A stretch of DNA of 64,000 bases from the NCBI GenBank assembly GCA_964453135.1, contig CAYVOL010000001.1:88895-152894 (forward strand), read 5' to 3'. Position 1 is the first letter of the stretch. Each line of letters starts with the position of its first letter. Below are positions 55,994 through 63,672 of this stretch, in pieces. Under the pieces are notes generated by a model that searched no databases, was not told the origin of the DNA, and saw only the letters and a program-made list of their open reading frames with translations. This DNA comes from an uncultured Candidatus Saccharibacteria bacterium. Lineage in GTDB: Bacteria; Patescibacteriota; Minisyncoccia; UBA6257; UBA9933. A program made the position numbers and the translations under genes.

Positions 55994-56998
55994 ATGTTAA
56001 ACAAAGACCTCCATCTTTCGCCGAAAATTTTTGAAAACAACATTGAGCAAAAACCTCTGCGCGACGGCTACGGCGAGGGTTTGATAACGGCCGGAGAAAA
56101 AAATTCCAATGTCGTTGTTTTATGCGCGGATTTAAAAGAATCCACCCGCTGCCACTGGTTTGCGGAAAAATTTCCGGAAAGATTTTTTGAGGTTGGCGTG
56201 GCGGAGCAAAATATGGCCACTATTGCCGCGGGATTGGGAGTTTCGGGAAAAATTCCCTTCATAGCCTCTTACGCGACATTTTCTCCGGGAAGAAACTGGG
56301 AACAAATCCGCACCACAGCCGCTTACAATAATTCCAATGTCAAAATCGCCGGACATCACGCCGGAATATCCACGGGCCCGGACGGCGCCACTCACCAGGC
56401 TATTGAAGACATTGCCATAATGCGGGCCATTCCCGATATAAAAGTAATAGTCCCCTGCGACGCAATAGAAGCGAGAAAAGCCACTATCGCGGCCGCGCAA
56501 ATCTGGGGACCGGTTTATTTAAGATTCGCCCGAGAAAAAACTCCGCTCATTACAACCGAAGAAACGCCTTTTACTCCGGGCAAGGCGGAAATTTTCTGGG
56601 AGTCAACAAATGGACGAAAAGCCCAAGTGGCTATTATCGCCGCTGGCCCAATTTTATACCAGACCCTATTGGCCGCCAAAGAATTGGAAAAAGAAAAAAT
56701 CGGCGCTGTTGTTATAAACTGCCACACCATAAAACCACTGGACGTTCAAAAAATAATCGAGGTAGCAAAAAAGTGCGGCGCTGTTGTGACAGCGGAAGAG
56801 CATAATGTCATCGGCGGATTGGGCGGCGCGGTGGCGGAAACGTTGGCAAAAAATTATCCCGTGCCCATGGAATTTATCGGGATGCAAGATTGCTTCGGCG
56901 AAAGCGGCCAGCCCGAAGAATTGGCAAAAAAATACGAGCTAACCAGCAATGATATTGTTAAAGCGGCGCAAAGAGCGATAAGAAGAAAAAAATTGTAG
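55994..56998 (+). CDS. Transketolase, C-terminal subunit (pyrimidine-binding plus C-terminal domains) of a split transketolase
   Basis: 'FEVGVAEQNMATIAAGL', 'GHHAGISTGPDGATHQAIEDIAIMRAIP'; 334 aa. Confidence 0.8.
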   Translation: MLNKDLHLSPKIFENNIEQKPLRDGYGEGLITAGEKNSNVVVLCADLKESTRCHWFAEKFPERFFEVGVAEQNMATIAAGLGVSGKIPFIASYATFSPGRNWEQIRTTAAYNNSNVKIAGHHAGISTGPDGATHQAIEDIAIMRAIPDIKVIVPCDAIEARKATIAAAQIWGPVYLRFAREKTPLITTEETPFTPGKAEIFWESTNGRKAQVAIIAAGPILYQTLLAAKELEKEKIGAVVINCHTIKPLDVQKIIEVAKKCGAVVTAEEHNVIGGLGGAVAETLAKNYPVPMEFIGMQDCFGESGQPEELAKKYELTSNDIVKAAQRAIRRKKL

Positions 56999-57080
56999 AA
57001 CTTTTCTATTGTTGGCCTTATTGGCCAACGCATAAATTCGCTTGGCGAATTTATGCGTTGGGGCACACTGTTCGGAAAGT

Positions 57081-57206
57081 GTCATTCTAAGTCCCGTCTT
57101 TCCATTCCTCTGTCATTCTGAGTCCCGCTAAGCGGGACGAAGAATCTCATACCGCGGTAATTTCCGGGATGCTGAGCCCCCGCCGTGGCGGGAGCTCAGC
57201 ATGACC
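57081..57206. repeat. MITE/REP-like element, copy C
   Basis: GTCATTCTAAGTCCCG...GTCATTCTGAGTCCCGCTAAGCGGGACGAAGAATCTC...GATGCTGAGCCCCCGCCGTGGCGGGAGCTCAGCATGAC. Confidence 0.6.
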
Positions 57207-57365
57207 GGCATTATAAATCAGCGTTGTTAAACGACACATGACAGGTTGACTTTTACGGTAAAATCTTGTTGACTTATATTAGAACAGGGCACTGGAGATT
57301 CTTTCGGAATCCTCCACTTTATTAGCTCTTAAACCCAAACACACTCGCAGAAAGGAGAAAGCGGC

Positions 57366-57947
57366 ATGAAAAGAGACGTGAAGGAAGGACTGCTGGGAGC
57401 AGTAGTGGGAGCGGCGGCGGTTTTGATAGGAGAACAGCTCCTGAAAAAAGCCGGCGCGGCAAGCGCGTCCGGCAACGAGTTTTCCGCGGATATAGCCCGC
57501 GCGAAACTTCAAGACGCCCTTCGACGTCTTGAGGCAAAGAACAAAACCGCGTACCAACGACTGCAAGAAAGGCAAAGGCAGTCGGAGGATCCAGGAAAGT
57601 TCGCCGGTTCACTGAGCAAACTCGTCGTCGCCTTTGACGACAACCCCGAAACGCTTCTAGAAATGCTGGAATGGGCAGGGATGATGGAAGAGCAGGAGTT
57701 CAGCGCTTTTCTTGAAGGCCTAAGCTACGAGCCTTTCGTCTATGTTCTCAAGCGCGCCGGCGTCTATGCCAAAGTCATCTGGGAGAAACTTTATTCCAAT
57801 AGCCCAGATGCGCCGGGGATTCTGCAGAAGATGGATAGGGGGCTCAATCAGCAACTTGGCCCTTTCCTGGAAAGATGGGGAGCAAGCGTCCAGGTGAGAC
57901 AAGACGCCCGAAGGCAAAGGATGGATTCCAGAAGATTCGTCTGGTAA
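57366..57947 (+). CDS. Hypothetical protein, paralog A of the RRQRMDxRRFVW-tail pair (193 aa); SD AAAGGAGAAAGCGGCATG
   Basis: ORF track; strong SD; visibly GC-rich; shares 'IRAKLQD', 'AYQRL', 'LEWAGxM...EFxAFLExL', 'VLKR' and 'RRQRMDxRRFVW' with 59126..59752. Confidence 0.55.
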   Translation: MKRDVKEGLLGAVVGAAAVLIGEQLLKKAGAASASGNEFSADIARAKLQDALRRLEAKNKTAYQRLQERQRQSEDPGKFAGSLSKLVVAFDDNPETLLEMLEWAGMMEEQEFSAFLEGLSYEPFVYVLKRAGVYAKVIWEKLYSNSPDAPGILQKMDRGLNQQLGPFLERWGASVQVRQDARRQRMDSRRFVW

Positions 57948-58145
57948 TTATCGGATTTGCCGAATATTCATAAAAGGCATATAGCACTTATAATATTATA
58001 TCTTAATCATATTGTGGGAGTTTCTTACTCTTTCAGGCTTTAAAATAGCGAGCCCGCCGCTATTATCTGAAGGAGTTTTTTGTTTGTCTTGATTTTATAC
58101 CTGACACTTGTTGCTTGCTTATAGAAGATGACGCGATTCGGAAGT

Positions 58146-58277
58146 GTCATCCTGAGCCCCGTCTTTCTAATTCTTCTGTCATTCTGAGCCCGCCAACTGG
58201 CGGACGAAGAATCTCGTACTGCGACAGAACCAGGGGATTCTTCGTCCCCCGCGCCATGGCGGGGGACTCAGAATGAC
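58146..58277. repeat. MITE/REP-like element, copy D
   Basis: GTCATCCTGAGCCCCG...GTCATTCTGAGCCCGCCAACTGGCGGACGAAGAATCTC...GATTCTTCGTCCCCCGCGCCATGGCGGGGGACTCAGAATGAC. Confidence 0.6.
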
Positions 58278-58464
58278 TTTCCAAACGACGCATGCGGAAA
58301 AAGTCAACCCCGTATATAGCAAATCTGCGCAGATTTGCTATGTGTAAGGTTGACTTTTTCATTAAAATATGCTTTTATAATAGCACGTTCTTCACAATAA
58401 AATATTGGATGATTGCGAACGAATAAGAATATAGATGACAACAACCAACAATGAAAGGAGGGTG

Positions 58465-59115
58465 GCCATGGCCGACAAGCGACAACAGAGAGGACAAAGG
58501 AAGGAATTTCCGGTAAGGATTTTCCTGAAAACCTTATCCCCGCGAAAAGCGGGCGACGTCTATGAGGTGACCGCGGTGGCAACCGTGGTCAAAGGTAAGT
58601 TTCCTCAAGACGGCGTTGCTGTCCAGTTTTTCGTGGACGGCTCGCCGAAAGATTCTGTTGTCGCCGCCGAAAATGGCGGCCGGGCCCTCAAACGGCTTTT
58701 CTTTGAGAAGGAGGGGTTGTACCTGGTTGAAGCCAGAGTAAGCGACCCCAACCTTCCTGGCAACTATGTTGCCAGCGCTGAGGTCAATATCACGGCGGAG
58801 AAGAAAGATCCGCCAAAGCCGGTGGCAGATCTTCTTGTCCGGACATACCAGCTGTCTGCTGGAAAGTTCCGGTTTGAGATTCAGCCGCTGACTGAAAGCG
58901 GCAAGGTGGCTATTGGCGCGGTGGTAGAGATTTTTGACCCCGCGCTTCCTGAGCCGACACGGCAGGCGCTTGAGAAACCCACGGATACGATTTTGTATAC
59001 AGCTGAGGTTTCTCAAAAGGAGAAGTCCAAGACTATCCATTTCTGGGTGATCGGGACCAAGATTGTCAAAAACAAAACAATCTACAACGCCAATGCCGTG
59101 AAGCGTCAGGCGTAA
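58465..59115 (+). CDS. Hypothetical protein (start reassigned to MADKRQQRG after the SD GAAAGGAGGGTGGCCATG); basic N-terminus, beta-rich body
   Basis: The ORF-track frame 58435..59115 has a strong SD 7 nt before the internal ATG at 58465; GC-rich. Confidence 0.5.
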   Translation, partial: AMADKRQQRGQRKEFPVRIFLKTLSPRKAGDVYEVTAVATVVKGKFPQDGVAVQFFVDGSPKDSVVAAENGGRALKRLFFEKEGLYLVEARVSDPNLPGNYVASAEVNITAEKKDPPKPVADLLVRTYQLSAGKFRFEIQPLTESGKVAIGAVVEIFDPALPEPTRQALEKPTDTILYTAEVSQKEKSKTIHFWVIGTKIVKNKTIYNANAVKRQA

Positions 59116-59125
59116 GGAGAGAAAG

Positions 59126-59752
59126 ATGCCACTGGCGAATATTTGGGAATTCCTGGTAAGTGATATTGGCGGGGCTGTGGTGTGGGATGAAGTTCTGAAA
59201 CCCATCCTGAAAGGAGCCGTTGAAAAACACGGCGACAAGATGGGTCAAGTAGTCTACGACAAGTTTTTCACGGACAAAATCCGCGCAAAACTGCAAGACT
59301 ACTTCCGCCTCCTCAGCGAAAGAGGAGAAAGCGGAAGGGCCGCCTACCAGCGGCTAAGGGCCCGCCAGGAAAGGCATCAACGCGACAACACGGAAAATTT
59401 CTTCGTCGAAATGTTGGGGAAAGTTGTCTTGACTTTCGACGGAGAGGATCCCGAGGCCGCCCTGGACATTTTGGAATGGGCTGGAGCGATGAGCGACGAC
59501 GAGTTCAACGCCTTTCTTGAGGCGTTAAACCATGACGCGTTCTTGCAAGTCCTGAAGCGCCTCGGGGGGCACATTAGGTTTGTCTGGAGTAGAATTTACT
59601 CCAGCGACCTGAACGCGCCGGGACTCTGGCAACGCACGAATCAAAGCGTTGACCAGTGGGCAAACCCCTTCCTGAATAGGTGGGAAGGTAATTTACGCGC
59701 GCGACAACAGGAACGCCGACAGCGAATGGACGCCAGACGATTTGTCTGGTAA
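59126..59752 (+). CDS. Hypothetical protein, paralog B of the RRQRMDxRRFVW-tail pair (208 aa); SD AAGGAGAGAAAGATG; 10-nt gap to the upstream gene
   Basis: Shares the same conserved blocks as 57366..57947. Confidence 0.55.
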   Translation: MPLANIWEFLVSDIGGAVVWDEVLKPILKGAVEKHGDKMGQVVYDKFFTDKIRAKLQDYFRLLSERGESGRAAYQRLRARQERHQRDNTENFFVEMLGKVVLTFDGEDPEAALDILEWAGAMSDDEFNAFLEALNHDAFLQVLKRLGGHIRFVWSRIYSSDLNAPGLWQRTNQSVDQWANPFLNRWEGNLRARQQERRQRMDARRFVW

Positions 59753-59778
59753 ACCGATATCAAGCAAGGGAGGAAGTC

Positions 59779-60738
59779 ATGCATAGCATACTGCAAGCGT
59801 TGTGGTTTTTAGTTCAAGAAGTATGGGAGATAGCCGGCGCAGGCGTGGAGTTCACCCAGGTTATTACGAGGGTGAACAGCCACGGCCTCAGCGACCGGCA
59901 GATTTACCTCGCTGGCTTGAGACGCCTGGCGATTCTCGTTATCGTATTGCCCATCCCGCTCTTGGGAGCCAGCATTTGGCTCGGCGGGAGCTGGGCGGCA
60001 TCCGCGGGGATGATCTGGGCAGTCGCTTTTCTCTTGTTGTCTTTGGTCGCCGCCCCGATCGGGATGATTGTGGCGGCCCTGGGCAGTACAACGAGGGAGA
60101 GCGGGGAAAAATATGTGCGGGTTGTGCTATCAGTAGTATTTTCAGAACTGCTGGTAGCATTCTTCCTAGCTGTAGTGCCGATCAGAAATAATATATCGGC
60201 GCTACCCCTGCTAGCGTTGTGCGCGTTTATCATCATCCTTGCCGGAATGAAATTCCTCCGGAAAGGTTTGGTGATTGCGGCAGTGGCGGCATTTGCCCTG
60301 CTGGTGTTTTCGTTCTTCTTCCCAAGGACGTTTGAGCAGAAGATTGCTCCGTCCTTTGAGCGGTTAGATACCCAGATGGCGGCGGCGCCACCCGTGGCGA
60401 CTTCTGCGCCAGCGCAGCAACCCGTTACCGCGGCGCTTCCATCTCCGGCAAGGATTTATCCTAACTACAAGTTCGACCTTGTGGATAGGATTGAAGTTCC
60501 CCTATTGCCGGCTGGGCAAGTGCTTCCGCATGAGGCCGGGGGGTGGGTTATCCTCCCGATGGGAGCGCGCTACCGAGTAGACTACGATACGCCGGTCGTC
60601 ATTGAGTATAATGACGGCCGGAGATTCATACGCCGGCCCAATGAACCCGCGTTTGACGGGGTTCAGCCGGGCAACGGCATTTTCCGTCTTTACGGAGAAA
60701 ACGGCCAAAAAGCCGTTGTAACCATCCGCAAGGACTAG
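59779..60738 (+). CDS. Membrane protein, hypothetical: about six TM helices, a Pro/Ala-rich linker, and a C-terminal soluble domain of about 110 aa; SD GGGAGGAAGTCATG
   Basis: ORF track; hydrophobicity pattern; last gene before a canonical terminator. Confidence 0.5.
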   Translation: MHSILQALWFLVQEVWEIAGAGVEFTQVITRVNSHGLSDRQIYLAGLRRLAILVIVLPIPLLGASIWLGGSWAASAGMIWAVAFLLLSLVAAPIGMIVAALGSTTRESGEKYVRVVLSVVFSELLVAFFLAVVPIRNNISALPLLALCAFIIILAGMKFLRKGLVIAAVAAFALLVFSFFFPRTFEQKIAPSFERLDTQMAAAPPVATSAPAQQPVTAALPSPARIYPNYKFDLVDRIEVPLLPAGQVLPHEAGGWVILPMGARYRVDYDTPVVIEYNDGRRFIRRPNEPAFDGVQPGNGIFRLYGENGQKAVVTIRKD

Positions 60739-60769
60739 TTCTTTTTATCGGAAAGGAGGTGATTAATAA

Positions 60770-60810
60770 CCCCCATTGTTCGCGAGAGCAATGGGGGCGT
60801 TTTTATTTTA
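60770..60810 (+). terminator. Rho-independent terminator (stem CCCCCATTG/CAATGGGGG, then CGTTTTTATTTT)
   Basis: Read from the sequence, 32 nt after the stop at 60738. Confidence 0.65.
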
Positions 60811-60837
60811 AGCCAGACAAGTTTTGTTTATTTAAAA

Positions 60838-60882
60838 AGATTCATCGCCCCCCGCCATGGCGGGGCGGGGCTCGGAATGACG
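60838..60882. repeat. MITE/REP-like element, single half-module (copy E)
   Basis: GATTCATCGCCCCCCGCCATGGCGGGGCGGGGCTCGGAATGAC. Confidence 0.5.
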
Positions 60883-60938
60883 ACAAAATTTCAGAGAACT
60901 ACGCGCCACTTAATCGCAATGCGAAAAGCGTTAAAGAA

Positions 60939-61334
60939 TTACACGCCTCTTAAAACGCTATCAACAAAATCAGGCAAACCGTAAGCCACGAGTCCTATGG
61001 CTATGGCAATCACTGCCCAAAGCAAGGCCTGCTTCGCCTTATCATAATTTTTAGGGTCTGTCGCGCCAAACAAAAAAAGATAGGCGGCGTAAAAAACAAA
61101 ACCAATGGCGAAAATCCAGAAAGCGGTGGCAAACCATTTTAAAAGATTGCGAAAAAGACCCAAAACGCTTCCGCTTCCCCCTTCAACTTGAATAATAGGG
61201 CTATTTCCGGGGCCGGGAGGGCTCACTTGAGTAACACTAACATTATCAGCAAAAGAATGGCGCGGCGCTACTATGAAATACGCGGCTGTAATAACGATAG
61301 AAAAAATGAAAAACAAAGAAATAAGATTTTTCAT
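60939..61334 (-). CDS. TrbC/VirB2-like small two-TM 'pilin' family protein, paralog 1 (131 aa)
   Basis: Signal/TM helix, then 'LKWFATAFWIFAIGFVFYAAYLFLFGATDPKNYDKAKQALLWAVIAIAIGLVAYGLP', the pattern of the type IV secretion pilin family that is frequent in Patescibacteria (family assignment from recall). Confidence 0.5.
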   Translation of the reverse strand: MKNLISLFFIFSIVITAAYFIVAPRHSFADNVSVTQVSPPGPGNSPIIQVEGGSGSVLGLFRNLLKWFATAFWIFAIGFVFYAAYLFLFGATDPKNYDKAKQALLWAVIAIAIGLVAYGLPDFVDSVLRGV

Positions 61335-61351
61335 AAAGATTCTCTTTATCG

Positions 61352-61462
61352 GTCATTCCGAGCCTAGCCACGGCGGGGTGAGGAATCTTGACAGATTCTT
61401 CGCCCGCCTCCGCCCAGCCACAACGGGGTCATAGTGGGGGCGGAGGCGGAACTCAGAATGAC
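61352..61462. repeat. MITE/REP-like element, copy F
   Basis: GTCATTCCGAGCCTAGCCACGGCGGGGTGAGGAATCTTGACAGATTCTTCGCCCGCCTCCGCCCAGCCACAACGGGGTCATAGTGGGGGCGGAGGCGGAACTCAGAATGAC. Confidence 0.6.
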
Positions 61463-61476
61463 AATTTACCTTAATA

Positions 61477-61791
61477 TTATGGATTAAGAATGCTCTGAAT
61501 AAGCGCTGGCAAGCCGTAAACTAAAATTCCAACTGCCATTGCGATAATGGTGTAAAGCAATGCCCTTTTTGCCTCATCGTATTTTTTCGCATCCTGAGCG
61601 CTGAACAAAAAAAGATAGGCGGCGTAAAAAGCAAAGCCGATGGCAAAAATCCAAAAAGCGGTGGCAAACCATTTTTGGAATCGGTCTAAAATCGTAATGA
61701 CCTGCTGCAAATTTTGCGGCCCTCCGCCATCGGCTAAGGCGACAGAAAAAGGAATTATTAAAAGTGATACGGCAACAAAAAATTGAGACAT
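61477..61791 (-). CDS. TrbC/VirB2-like pilin family protein, paralog 2 (104 aa)
   Basis: 'FQKWFATAFWIFAIGFAFYAAYLFLFSAQDAKKYDEAKRALLYTIIAMAVGILVYGLP'. It shares a roughly 70-nt near-identical DNA stretch with paralog 1. Confidence 0.5.
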   Translation of the reverse strand: MSQFFVAVSLLIIPFSVALADGGGPQNLQQVITILDRFQKWFATAFWIFAIGFAFYAAYLFLFSAQDAKKYDEAKRALLYTIIAMAVGILVYGLPALIQSILNP

Positions 61792-61919
61792 AATTTAAAA
61801 ATTTAAAAGTATCGCGGAATGATTATTGAAATGCGCCAAACAATATCGTTATCGTTGCCGACTCCGTTTGCGGGTGAAATAACCGGCGCAAAAGCGGAGA
61901 CGGCAACAATTTTTTAAGT

Positions 61920-62297
61920 TTATTGCCCTTTAAGAAACTGATCCACCAAGAAAGGCAACCCGTAAGCCATTAAACCTATGATTATGGCGATAACGGCGTA
62001 AATCAAAGCGGTCTTTCCTTTCTGATGGCCGTCTTTGGAATGCGAAGCGAACAAAAACAGGTAAGCGGCGTAGAAGATATACCCCACGGCAAAAATCCAG
62101 AAAACAGTGGCAATCCATTTCAGAATAGTTCTGAGAAGTTCTAATGTGCTATTCACACTGCCTATTTTATATCCGGGATTTGTTAGTGGAGCCGTTACCG
62201 GATTTCCTATATTAGCCGTTTCAGCCGCGGCTCCCAAAGGAAAAACCGAAACCGCCGTTAAAGCCAGCAGCAAAACAAAAAATATCTTATTTCTCAT
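61920..62297 (-). CDS. TrbC/VirB2-like pilin family protein, paralog 3 (125 aa)
   Basis: 'LKWIATVFWIFAVGYIFYAAYLFLFASHSKDGHQKGKTALIYAVIAIIIGLMAYGLP'. Confidence 0.5.
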   Translation of the reverse strand: MRNKIFFVLLLALTAVSVFPLGAAAETANIGNPVTAPLTNPGYKIGSVNSTLELLRTILKWIATVFWIFAVGYIFYAAYLFLFASHSKDGHQKGKTALIYAVIAIIIGLMAYGLPFLVDQFLKGQ

Positions 62298-62366
62298 ACA
62301 ATTTATCTCAGTTAACGTTTTCTCAATTAACGACCTTTGAATTGTTTCCAGTATAACACATCATCC

Positions 62367-62678
62367 TTAAACTGTCAGCAATTCTCTGATAATTGCCACG
62401 ATTCCGTAAGCGCACCAGATAGCGGCGTAGCCGATAATCGCCCATTTCAGAGCGTTTGTTCCCTTTTTATATTCTTCGGGTTTGCCTCGGGAAAGAAGCA
62501 TCTGAAAAGCCGCGTAAATAACCATTATAACAAACACAAGAGTAAAAAGACCCATACCGGTGCTGATTACTTTCTGCAAGATATCATTCAAATCATTCCT
62601 GCCAAGAGGATTATAAATTCCGCTGCCCGTGCCGCCTTCCGTTTGAGCTAAAACTTTTTGAATGAGAAGATTTAACAT
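62367..62678 (-). CDS. TrbC/VirB2-like pilin family protein, divergent paralog 4 (103 aa)
   Basis: 'GMGLFTLVFVIMVIYAAFQMLLSRGKPEEYKKGTNALKWAIIGYAAIWCAYGIVAII' shows the same architecture of two TM helices with a short charged loop. Confidence 0.4.
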   Translation of the reverse strand: MLNLLIQKVLAQTEGGTGSGIYNPLGRNDLNDILQKVISTGMGLFTLVFVIMVIYAAFQMLLSRGKPEEYKKGTNALKWAIIGYAAIWCAYGIVAIIRELLTV

Positions 62679-62735
62679 TTTAAGTGAGAGTTATGGCGCT
62701 GTTTGAAAACTTCGACAGAATCAGCTTCTGTTTTT

Positions 62736-62863
62736 GTCATTCTGAGCCCTCCGCCGTGGCGGGGGCGAAGAATCTCTTGATTTTACATTAGCACGAGATC
62801 CTTCGCTTCGCTCAGGATGACATGATGGATTCTTCTCCGCCGGCTGACGAATTCAGGATGACG
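62736..62863. repeat. MITE/REP-like element, copy G
   Basis: GTCATTCTGAGCCCTCCGCCGTGGCGGGGGCGAAGAATCTC...GAGATCCTTCGCTTCGCTCAGGATGAC...GATTCTTCTCCGCCGGCTGACGAATTCAGGATGAC. Confidence 0.6.
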
Positions 62864-62884
62864 GTTTTCGAACAACGCCGAGAA

Positions 62885-63298
62885 TCATTGACAATTAATA
62901 CTGTTCCATGGTCCTAATCCTGGCCCGAGAACAGCCGGACCGCCGCCCAATGACGCGCCCATTAAAATTTTAATCGTAGTATCAATTATGAGCCAAGCGG
63001 CTAAAATAATTACAAAGCCGACAAGCGCCGTGCGAATGGTTTTTAACCCGCTTTGATATAAGGGCGGGTTGGCTCCGGCCACCAACATTTTAATTCCTCC
63101 CCAGACCATAAACGCCACAGCCAAAGAAGCGGCGATTCCTAAAACAAAATTATAAACATTTTGAAACAGCTTAAAAAAATTACAGAAGGTGCACATCGCT
63201 CCGCTTCCTCCGGGCCCGCAAGGCACCAAGGCGGCGCTGGCGGCGTTGACTGTTAAAAAGAAAAATAAAATTGCGGCGACAGTAAAAACGAAATTCAT
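62885..63298 (-). CDS. TrbC/VirB2-like pilin family protein, divergent paralog 5 (start moved to MNFVFTVAAILFF so that it does not run through the MITE); Cys-containing N-terminal region
   Basis: 'LAVAFMVWGGIKMLVAGANPPLYQSGLKTIRTALVGFVIILAAWLIIDTTIKIL'. The N-terminal 79 codons in the ORF track are the translated MITE copy H. Confidence 0.45.
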   Translation of the reverse strand: MNFVFTVAAILFFFLTVNAASAALVPCGPGGSGAMCTFCNFFKLFQNVYNFVLGIAASLAVAFMVWGGIKMLVAGANPPLYQSGLKTIRTALVGFVIILAAWLIIDTTIKILMGASLGGGPAVLGPGLGPWNSINCQ

Positions 63299-63359
63299 TA
63301 TGTAATTTAGTTGTAAGATTCCGTAGCGTTGTTTACGCTTTTCATCGTTGTTTTTGATT

Positions 63360-63489
63360 GTCATTCTGAACGTTTTCGTCATCCTTCGCCCCCCGCCATG
63401 GCGGGGGGCGAAGGATCTCGCAAGATTCTTCGCTACGTTTAGAATGGCAAATGGATTCTTCGTCCGCCAGTTGGCGGACTCAGAATGAC
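63360..63489. repeat. MITE/REP-like element, copy H
   Basis: GTCATTCTGAACGTTTTCGTCATCCTTCGCCCCCCGCCATGGCGGGGGGCGAAGGATCTC...GATTCTTCGTCCGCCAGTTGGCGGACTCAGAATGAC. Confidence 0.6.
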
Positions 63490-63672
63490 AACGGGGCGTC
63501 AGAAATGTAATGGTCAATGTTTGAAATACAAACAACACTCTGATTTCTTACAAATTTAGTTTATCATTTTGCGCGCAATAGGGCAATCCCTTAGTTGACT
63601 TTTAGCTTCTGGCTTTTAGCTTTTAGTTTTAATTCTACATTCTAAATCCTATATTCTATCCAATCTAGTGAT

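Noticed and set aside
58534-59238. 234-aa minus-strand ORF antisense to the cassette genes
   Set aside because: It overlaps two SD-led plus-strand genes and has an Arg/Leu/Pro-rich translation, so it is a GC artefact.
25972-63489. CRISPR array as an explanation for the repeated GTCATTCTGAG elements
   Set aside because: The units are internally palindromic, irregularly spaced, on both orientations and separated by genes rather than uniform spacers. No cas genes are present apart from a lone Cas4-like PD-(D/E)XK nuclease elsewhere.
57081-63489. Prophage interpretation of the 57-63.5 kb accessory region
   Set aside because: No terminase, portal, capsid, tail or integrase-like proteins are recognisable. 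The genes are small and repeat-separated, which fits a cassette or pilin locus better.
25950-63538. ORFs 25950..26183 +, 29112..29381 +, 58147..58362 -, 58304..58582 -, and the N-terminal 79 codons of 62885..63538
   Set aside because: They lie inside the GTCATTCTGAG MITE/REP-like elements. The palindromic GC-rich repeats give stop-free frames on both strands.
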